Origin: Thermodesulfovibrionales bacterium | GTDB lineage: Bacteria > Nitrospirota > Thermodesulfovibrionia > Thermodesulfovibrionales > SM23-35 | Assembly: GCA_963715195.1 (NCBI GenBank) | Contig: CAVQRT010000031.1 | Location: 256,001-320,000 of the forward strand | Length of the DNA stretch: 64,000 bases | Reading direction: 5' to 3' | Shown here: positions 56,591 to 64,000 of the stretch, piece after piece | Layout: each line of letters starts with the position of its first letter | Position numbering within the stretch: the first letter of the stretch is position 1 | Translations under genes and position numbers: made by a program | Notes under the pieces: generated by a model | Seen by the model: the letters and a program-made list of their open reading frames with translations, nothing else | Databases searched by the model: none | Told to the model about the DNA's origin: nothing

Positions 56591-58180
56591 TTATTTTTTA
56601 TCCCCTCTAATAAGAGGGGAATCTTGGGTGTTTTTTAGTATCCATTTCACCGCATCTGTTAAGTTGGCAGCGGTGTAATCTGCGTGCTCGGATTCCTGTA
56701 ACTTACCCGTTTGAACCAATACTGCTTTAGCACCAACAGATTTTGCAAGAAGCATATCCGTTTCCTTATCCCCAACCACAAAAGATTTTTTGAGATTAAT
56801 CCGATGGCTGCTTCTGGCCCTCAGCAGCATTTCCGGTTCAGGCTTCCTGCAAACGCAGTGTTCGTCAGGATGATGGGGGCAGTAATAAAAATCATGAAAG
56901 CCATACTGATTGGTGAACAAACTGTTTGCCTCCTGAACGAACTTTTCATCAATCAGACCTCGAGCGATTCCGGATTGATTGCTTGCCCCTATGAGTTTGA
57001 ATCCTTGTTCTTTCAGCAATTTCAGGCTATCTATGTCTGTGAAGATATTCAGATCTTTCATGTTGTTTATATACCCAGTGTCCTGACAGATGGTGCCGTC
57101 CCGGTCAAAAAAAACCGCCGGGACATCAGGAAGTATTTTTTTTATCCCGTAATAAACCTCATCCGATGCAACAGCATACATGCATTGCATATCATTCCGT
57201 TTGCAGGAGCGATGAAAACAGGGGCTGCAAGGTATGTCAGGGGCAATTACTACGGTGTTGCTGCTTTTGTCATCGGGAGGAGGGCCGGTCAATTCGGGAT
57301 CCGTTGATCCGAATATCGCGACCATCGGGGTCCTTGTAGCATATGCAATGTGCAGGGGCCCTGAATCATTCGTAAGAAAAACATCACATTCCGAAATGAG
57401 CGATATGAGCTCTCTGACGGTTGTCTGCCCGGCTGCATTGAGCAGTGTATCCGGCTTCCTGAACTCCGGAATAATAAGTTTATATATCTCATCTGCAATA
57501 TCGACTTCTGCGTTTCCTCCGAAGATAATTACGCTTCCGCCGGTATCTGCCATAAACCAGGTAGCGACCTCGGCAAATCTTTCGGGGAACCACCTCTTCG
57601 CAGAGCCATATGTTGCACCGGGATTGATTCCGAGGATTGGTTTTTTCATCCCCTCAAGGCGTTTTCTTGCCTGTAGCCGCTCGTCAAGCAAAAGGTATAT
57701 ATACGGGTAGGAATATTCAGCCTTCATCCCGATCTTTCTGAGAAGGTTCAGGTAGTAATAAATTTGATGCGTTTTTTCGTGCGGGACTGAGACCGCACTT
57801 GTCAGAAGAAAGCCTCTGCCGTCCCGGTTGTAACCGACGCGATCCTTAATGCCGGAGAGAAAAGTCAGCATAGCTGCATCAAAGGCATTCTGAAAAAGAA
57901 TTGCACCGCAGAAATGTTCCCTGCGTAATGTCCCTGATAGTTTAACCTTGCCGGTGAGGCCTTTATGGGTATCAGCGTACAGGATTATCGAGTCGATATC
58001 CGGATTATTCTCAAAAACGCCCGATACCCAGGGTTTTACGAGGAGAGAGATGTTTGTTCTGCTCAGTTCGTTCCTCAACGCTTTCAGTGCAGGAAGGGTC
58101 ATGACACCGTCTCCTATCCAGTTCACCCCTCTGACGAGCAGCCTTTCACACGAAGTATCAATCATCAAATATTGTAGCAT
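56591..58180 (-). CDS. waaF: Fusion of heptosyltransferase II (WaaF) and heptose 1,7-bisphosphate phosphatase (GmhB)
   Basis: NWIGDGVM, NPGATYGSAKRW, NDSGPLH; C-terminal FFDRDGT, NQSG, YCPHHP..CRKP, GDK. Confidence 0.87.
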   Translation of the reverse strand: MLQYLMIDTSCERLLVRGVNWIGDGVMTLPALKALRNELSRTNISLLVKPWVSGVFENNPDIDSIILYADTHKGLTGKVKLSGTLRREHFCGAILFQNAFDAAMLTFLSGIKDRVGYNRDGRGFLLTSAVSVPHEKTHQIYYYLNLLRKIGMKAEYSYPYIYLLLDERLQARKRLEGMKKPILGINPGATYGSAKRWFPERFAEVATWFMADTGGSVIIFGGNAEVDIADEIYKLIIPEFRKPDTLLNAAGQTTVRELISLISECDVFLTNDSGPLHIAYATRTPMVAIFGSTDPELTGPPPDDKSSNTVVIAPDIPCSPCFHRSCKRNDMQCMYAVASDEVYYGIKKILPDVPAVFFDRDGTICQDTGYINNMKDLNIFTDIDSLKLLKEQGFKLIGASNQSGIARGLIDEKFVQEANSLFTNQYGFHDFYYCPHHPDEHCVCRKPEPEMLLRARSSHRINLKKSFVVGDKETDMLLAKSVGAKAVLVQTGKLQESEHADYTAANLTDAVKWILKNTQDSPLIRGDKK

Positions 58181-58217
58181 TTCGAAGGCCTGCGGAACTG
58201 CTCTCTTCGGCCTGGAT

Positions 58218-58969
58218 TTATGGCTGGTTCACCGTTCCCTGATCGCTCGCCTGATTTCTCCGGTAAGCCCTCGGCGACATCTTGTATGCCGCCTTGAATG
58301 CTCTGATAAAGTGGCCGCAGTTATTATAGCCTACTGAAAAAGCGATTTCGGTAATACTGGTGCTGGAATTTTTCAGGAGATCCCCGGCATTCTTCAGCCT
58401 TACACTGTTCAGATACGATATAAAGCATTGATTGAATTTCTCCTTGAATGCCCTGGAGAAACTGAACCTGCTCATGCAGGCCATACGGGAAAGTTTCTCA
58501 AGAGTGATTTCCTCCATGTAGTTCAACTGGATATATCGTGCGATATTGTCCATGTGACGCTCTTTGTTGAATGGTGCCGGATTATCTCCCTGTCCCTTTT
58601 TATCCCTGAGTATGTCTGAAACCCTCTTCCTGAGGTACCCGAGATTGAGAGGTTTTTTTATGTAGTCTGTTACATTCTTTCTGAGCGCCTGAATGATCAG
58701 TTCTTCATCACCATATCCCGTTATCATGATGACCGGCAGGAACGGGTTTTTCTCCCTGAGTGACTCCAGCACATCAAATCCATCCCGGTCCGGCAGGAAA
58801 TAGTCGATAATTGCAAGGTCAACAGACCGAGAGAGGAATTGCATGCTATCGAGATATGTTGACGCTTCGAATATATGATAATCAGTAGCGAGAGCCTTCG
58901 AATAACATCCCGAATAACGCATCATCGTCTACAATGAGAAGAGACTTCCTGATCGATTGGGTATATCAT
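58218..58969 (-). CDS. Response regulator with AraC HTH (5' end frameshifted)
   Basis: SLLIVDDD in a shifted frame; IDYFLP..G, ITGYG, YIKKP; AraC motif ITEIAFSVGY...F.RAFK. Confidence 0.78.
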
Positions 58970-59288
58970 CTATTTAGCAAATGCTTATAAAAATAATTAT
59001 AAACAATGTGATGCAGGTCGTAAAGGATAAAAAAATCAGCTTATTGCACTCTTCACAATTTTTGCTTGGCAATAAATAAGAGAATTGTAATAATGATATT
59101 GTTTTAGTAAAATAATACGTTTTGCAGCAGGCGACAGATCAGTAGACTCAAAGCGCCAGCATGATAGTATTCTTCTGTGATTTTTAAGGAACAAGCAAGA
59201 ACTCCCTGTGCTCTTGGCGCAGGGTTCTTAACAAAAATTGTCGACTATAATTACACATAAATAATTGAGCTGATAAAGGAGAAAGATT

Positions 59289-61412
59289 ATGTTGTCACGC
59301 ATTTTCCCTTTTCTGGAATGGCTGAAAGGCTACAACTTTGTCAAATTAAAGGCTGATGGAATCGCCGGATTGACGGTGGCATTGGTTCTCATCCCCCAAT
59401 CAATGGCATACGCACAATTGGCCGGTCTTCCCGCATATTACGGATTGTACGCATCTTTCTTGCCGCCAATGATCGCTGCATTATTCGGTTCGAGCAGGCA
59501 GCTTGCAACAGGGCCTGTGGCTGTCGTTTCGCTGATGACTGCAGCGTCGTTGAGTCCACTCGCAACTGCCGGCAGTAGTAGCTTTATCGCGTATGCCATT
59601 TTACTTGCGCTCATCGTTGGGGTTTTTCAGTTCCTTTTGGGTATTTTACGACTCGGTCTCGTCGTCAATTTCCTCTCACATCCTGTTGTGAATGGATTCA
59701 CCAATGGCGCAGCTATCATTATTGCTACATCACAACTGTCAAAGATGTTCGGAGTATATGTTGATGGAGCTGATCATCACTACGAAACAATAATGCGGGT
59801 CATTCAGGCAGCCATTCATTACACTCACTGGCCTACACTGATCATGGGTATCGGTGCTTTCGCAATTATGTACGCATTGAAGAAGATAAATCCAAGAATA
59901 CCGAATGTTCTCGTAGCCGTTGCCATAACAACTGTTATTTCATGGGCGATCGGATTCGAAAAAGATATGAAGGTTGATGAGTCGAAGATTGATTCTCTGA
60001 GAACACAGCAACTCATAACAAATTTCAATCAAACACTGCATGAAAAATCGTTGCTTGTCAAAGAACGCACAGATAATACCTTATTAGTAGAAGAAGCCCA
60101 AAAGAATCATGATAAGATCAGGTTACTTGACCTAAAACGGAATGAAGCAGTTTTAAACACGAAGTTGGAAGATTTGAAAACAAAAGAGGGATCTTTAAGA
60201 AACGAAATAAGGGAATTGTTTTTTACTGCTGTAAAGCAACCTGACGGCTCTTCGAAATTTTATCTCAAAGGGGAAGTACCGGGGAATCAAAATCCTGACG
60301 GAACGATATGGCGGATTAAAGTCGGGAATGACCCGATCAAAGAAGATTCAATCCGCTTTACAGGTGGCGGTGCTGTCGTGGGTGTTGTGCCGAAAGGGTT
60401 GCCATCGTTTACTGTTCCCCCGATAGACTTCAAGGCAATTATGCATCTGCTGCCATACGCGGTTATCATCTCCCTCCTCGGTTTTATGGAAGCAATTTCT
60501 ATAGCCAAAGCTCTTGCGGGAAAAACCGGTCAGCGACTCGACCCAAATCAGGAATTGATCGGCCAGGGGCTGGCAAATATACTTGGTGCTGTTGGGAAGA
60601 GTTATCCGGTTTCCGGTTCTTTTTCACGCTCAGCGGTAAACTTTCAGGCAGGCGGGCTTACTGGCTTCTCAAGCGCTTTTACGAGCATTGCGGTATTGAT
60701 TATGCTTTTATTCTTAACACCACTTCTCTACCATTTACCGCAGTCTGTCCTGGCTGCAGTCATCATGATGGCGGTTATCGGCCTGCTGAATGTTTCCGGA
60801 TTTATTCATGCGTGGAAGGCCCAGAAATATGACGGTGTCATCTCTGTTATTTCGTTCATAGCGACATTGGCTTTTGCCCCTCATCTGGATAAGGGCATTA
60901 TGATCGGTGTGGTGCTCTCGATTGCGGTCTTCTTGTACAAGAGCATGAAGCCATCAATATCCATCCTTGCCCGGCATGAGGACAAATCGCTCCGCAGTGT
61001 TGAAGCACACGGACTGTTGGAATGCGAGCACATTGCCATGGTGCAGTTTGAAGGGTCGCTGTTTTTTGCGAATGCAAGTTACCTTGAAGACAGCATGCGA
61101 ACTATTATCGAGAGGAAGAAGCATTTAAGACATATCATTCTTGTGTGTAACGGGATCAATGAAATGGATGCGTCGGGGGAAGAAACACTGTCCCTTCTTA
61201 TAGACCGCATCAGAAGCGCAGGGCTTGATATATCATTTAGCGGGGTGAATGAGGCACTTATGAAGGTTTTCAGAAGAACTCATTTGCTCGAGAAGATTGG
61301 ACGCGACCATGTCTTCCCGACAAAGGAAGAGGCTATTTGTACGATTTATCCGGTCGCGCATAAAGAATCGATTGAGAAAGAGTGTCCGCTTATGTCTGTG
61401 TGCAAAATTTAG
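59289..61412 (+). CDS. SulP/SLC26 anion transporter with STAS domain and an inserted soluble domain
   Basis: PQSMAYA.LAG, GSSRQLATGP, NQELIGQG, GSFSRS, LFFAN, D.SG. Confidence 0.9.
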   Translation: MLSRIFPFLEWLKGYNFVKLKADGIAGLTVALVLIPQSMAYAQLAGLPAYYGLYASFLPPMIAALFGSSRQLATGPVAVVSLMTAASLSPLATAGSSSFIAYAILLALIVGVFQFLLGILRLGLVVNFLSHPVVNGFTNGAAIIIATSQLSKMFGVYVDGADHHYETIMRVIQAAIHYTHWPTLIMGIGAFAIMYALKKINPRIPNVLVAVAITTVISWAIGFEKDMKVDESKIDSLRTQQLITNFNQTLHEKSLLVKERTDNTLLVEEAQKNHDKIRLLDLKRNEAVLNTKLEDLKTKEGSLRNEIRELFFTAVKQPDGSSKFYLKGEVPGNQNPDGTIWRIKVGNDPIKEDSIRFTGGGAVVGVVPKGLPSFTVPPIDFKAIMHLLPYAVIISLLGFMEAISIAKALAGKTGQRLDPNQELIGQGLANILGAVGKSYPVSGSFSRSAVNFQAGGLTGFSSAFTSIAVLIMLLFLTPLLYHLPQSVLAAVIMMAVIGLLNVSGFIHAWKAQKYDGVISVISFIATLAFAPHLDKGIMIGVVLSIAVFLYKSMKPSISILARHEDKSLRSVEAHGLLECEHIAMVQFEGSLFFANASYLEDSMRTIIERKKHLRHIILVCNGINEMDASGEETLSLLIDRIRSAGLDISFSGVNEALMKVFRRTHLLEKIGRDHVFPTKEEAICTIYPVAHKESIEKECPLMSVCKI

Positions 61413-61431
61413 ATATTATGGAGGGAATACC

Positions 61432-61947
61432 ATGTCAATAATTACAATATTTGCAGGGTCGTATTGCAATGAAGAATCAGCAATACAGGAAATTCTCAAA
61501 AGGACAGACTACACCTATATAAGAGATTCTGATATTGTTGCAAAAGCCAGCAGGTTGTCTGATTTTTCTGAAGAGAAAATTATGAAGGCTTTTTCGGCAA
61601 AGACATCTGCTTTCAATCAGTTTACGCATGAAAAAGAACGGTCCATCGCATATCTTAAGCTTGCTGTGGCTGAATCGCTTGCTGTGGACAATATCCTTCT
61701 CCATGGATTCACGAGCCTTCTGATACCAATGAGTATTACTCATGTTCTTCGGGTATGCATCATCGCTGATATGAAATACAGAATTGCCAACGCCTCTTCC
61801 AATGGAATGTCTGAGAGTGACGCACTGAAAACGATTCATAAGAACGACGAGGACAGGATTCTTTGCCTTCTTCATCGTGATTTTTCTTCAATCGCTGAAG
61901 GACTTCACATCGTCACCGGCGGGAGGAATTGTTTTGTGATGCTATGA
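61432..61947 (+). pseudogene. Cytidylate-kinase-like family protein, apparently truncated near 61860
   Basis: MSIITIFAGSYC...THVLRVCIIAD..YR; homology-like sequence ends at NDEDR and the ORF runs into the convergent kinase stop. Confidence 0.55.
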
Positions 61948-63694
61948 GACTCCCTTTTTCACTTCCCTGACATTGATTGGTATTTCGACGATAAAGGTTG
62001 TTCCCTGATTTTGTTTACTCTCCACCAGAATAGTGCCCCCTAACTTTTGGACGATGCCGTAGGAAATTGAAAGACCCAGGCCTGTTCCCTTTCCTTTTTC
62101 CTTTGTCGAATAAAACGGCTCAAAAATGTGCTTCAGGTTTTCCTTTGGAATCCCACTTCCATTGTCTTTTATCGCAACCCGGACAAACTGATCGTCTTTC
62201 AGATAGGTCGATACTTTGATATGTCCATTTTCCTTCACTGCATCAATCGCATTATTGATGATGTTCAGGAATACCTGTTGTACTTGTCCTCTGTCAGTAA
62301 TCATTTTCGGAAGATCCTTCTGCAGATCGAGTTCCAACTGAATATCCCTGTAGAGGATCTCTTTTTCCAGAAATCCAATAACTTCCTGAATGGCATCATT
62401 GATGTCTGTGGTATCCTGACTGAGTTCCATTCTCCGTGAAAAACCCAACAGTCGATGGGTAATCGTCCGGCACCGGGTTACGCTGTCTGATATTCCGTTG
62501 ATAAGTGTCAGGAATTTTTCTTTGTGTTGTCCCATATTATCTGATCGCTCAATGATATCTTTCATAAGTCCTGCCTTTTCATTAATGATGGCGAGCGGGT
62601 TATTGATTTCATGGGCGACACCGGCTGCAAGCCTTCCTATGGAAGCCATTTTGCCTGCGTGTTCAGATTGCGTCATGGCTTCTTCCCGTTCAAGGTCGGA
62701 TAGTTTTATGCGATTTACGACCATATTTGCCATGAGAATGGTAAAAATTGTTCCGAGCAGGATACTGAAAATGGTGATAAAAAATATTTCATTTCTGAAG
62801 ATGCTCGGGATCTTGGTATAAGGAGCCGATCGGATATCGGTAATTAAAATCCATGATGTATGCTGTATCGGGGCTAACCCGCATATTTTAGAAGTACCGT
62901 CTTTTGCCTGGATTTCCTCTATCGATATTCCCTGCCGGGGCATCTTGAGTTGATATATATATTGCTGCAAGACATCTCCATTGAATTTGGAAGGGGTTTG
63001 CAGTGTCCCTTCACGGTTTATGATGAAAATATCATCATTCGGCCTCTGATTAACAGCGGTTACGTATTTTTGCAAGGTATCGATGTTGATGGTGGCTCTG
63101 AGAATCCAGAATGGCTGATTCCCCCTGGCTTCGCTTTTGACAGCGATAGCAAAATGAGGAATTTTTCGGTATCCCAAAAAGACATCGCTGACATAAAATG
63201 AACGGATTATGACCTCCTGGAACCACTCCTGTTTCGAATAATCTTTGCCCGTGAGGCTATAGGGCCCTGAATACGATTTCTGGATTCCTTCCGGGTCAAT
63301 GACGCCGAAATCGACGAGTCCCCCAAATTCTCTCTTAAACTTGTTGAATACGTCGGTCAAGGTTTCTGGTATCTGATAATTGCTCGTAGCTGTAACTTGA
63401 AACGATGAACCGGAGTGCAGATATCCTGCTATCCATGAAGAACTCAATTGTTTGCCTGGTATTCTGGATCTCCCAATTCACTTGTTTATAAAAATCGTCT
63501 TTCAGAATCTTCTGAAACCAGAAGTAACTTATCGTGATGACAATAAAGAGGGGAACCATCGAGAGAAATATATCAAGTAAAACAATCCGTATTTTCAGGC
63601 TTGAGTAGCGGTCTTTGCCGAGAATCCGAAAAATTTCATGGGGGTGAAAGATGTCTCTGAGAAGGTCGGCAAGTTGTTGCTTCAGATTGCTCAT
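61942..63694 (-). CDS. Cache-domain sensor histidine kinase (+1 frameshift near 63370)
   Basis: TM, YSGPY...QEWF...SDVFLGYR.IPHF, TM, AHEINNPL, DNGSG, GTGLGL. Confidence 0.85.
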
Positions 63695-63717
63695 AGATCC
63701 TTTACCGAATTACGATT

Positions 63718-64000
63718 TCACTTCAGTTCTTTAATCTTCTCCGCCTGATCATAGGTAATGAGAGCGTCAAGGATTTCATCGATATCGCCCTCAAGCACCT
63801 GGTCAAGCTTATGGAGCGTAAATCCGATTCGGTGATCGGTCACGCGGTTTTGGGGGAAATTGTACGTCCTGATTTTCTCACTCCTGTCACCGCTTCCTAC
63901 CTGCGATCTCCTCTCTGAAGCACGCTCCTTTTCCTGGCGTTCCATCTCGATCTCATACAGTCTAGCACGCAGAACCTTCATCGCTTTATCTTTATTTTTG
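63718..64000 (-). CDS. prfA: Peptide chain release factor 1, 3' part
   Basis: [26 protein letters not shown]; runs off the window edge. Confidence 0.93.
   Translation of the reverse strand, partial: KNKDKAMKVLRARLYEIEMERQEKERASERRSQVGSGDRSEKIRTYNFPQNRVTDHRIGFTLHKLDQVLEGDIDEILDALITYDQAEKIKELK

Noticed and set aside
59125..59175. Fluoride riboswitch upstream of sulP
   Set aside because: Only superficial similarity; the pseudoknot pairings could not be formed
569..63201. Numerous antisense and overlapping ORFs in the ORF track (e.g. 2577-3080, 28620-29261, 48242-48964, 56711-57307)
   Set aside because: Shadow frames of well-supported genes, with no motifs or RBS

Overview
64 kb of chromosome from an anaerobic Gram-negative bacterium. 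Gene content (Hmc/Tmc complex, multiheme cytochromes, LPS heptose genes, NrpR) suggests a sulfur-respiring Nitrospirota (Thermodesulfovibrionia-like) or Desulfobacterota organism; this placement is inference. Main blocks: (1) 1-15.7 kb, a nitrogen-assimilation region with a class II amidotransferase start, two stand-alone FMN glutamate-synthase-family genes, two NrpR-type repressors, a KaiC-like/XRE/cupin regulator and a ferredoxin-NuoE-NuoF-FdhA-like redox module whose FDH subunit lacks the catalytic Cys/Sec-His. A shared GGYA-N6-YGCC operator sits at the same position in three promoters. (2) HEPN/MNT toxin-antitoxin pair, iscA-like, hemB and an octaheme cytochrome. (3) 20.6-35.3 kb, a Fur-boxed metal/Fe-S cluster (three NifB/NifX proteins, Mrp, two MinD-ferredoxin ATPases, radical SAMs, feoAB, thi4, DUF134). 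(4) Peptidoglycan recycling (MurU-AmgK fusion, namZ). (5) Two-component genes and a hybrid tmcDCB-hmcADBC operon whose TmcB has an in-frame UGA plus SECIS-like hairpin (probable selenoprotein). (6) ilvBN, waaC, waaF-gmhB, sulP, a sensor kinase and the 3' end of prfA. About 13 frameshifts, nearly all +1, look like long-read consensus errors rather than true pseudogenes. REP-like repeats occur between genes and also in frame inside genes. No rRNA, tRNA, CRISPR array or intact transposase was seen.
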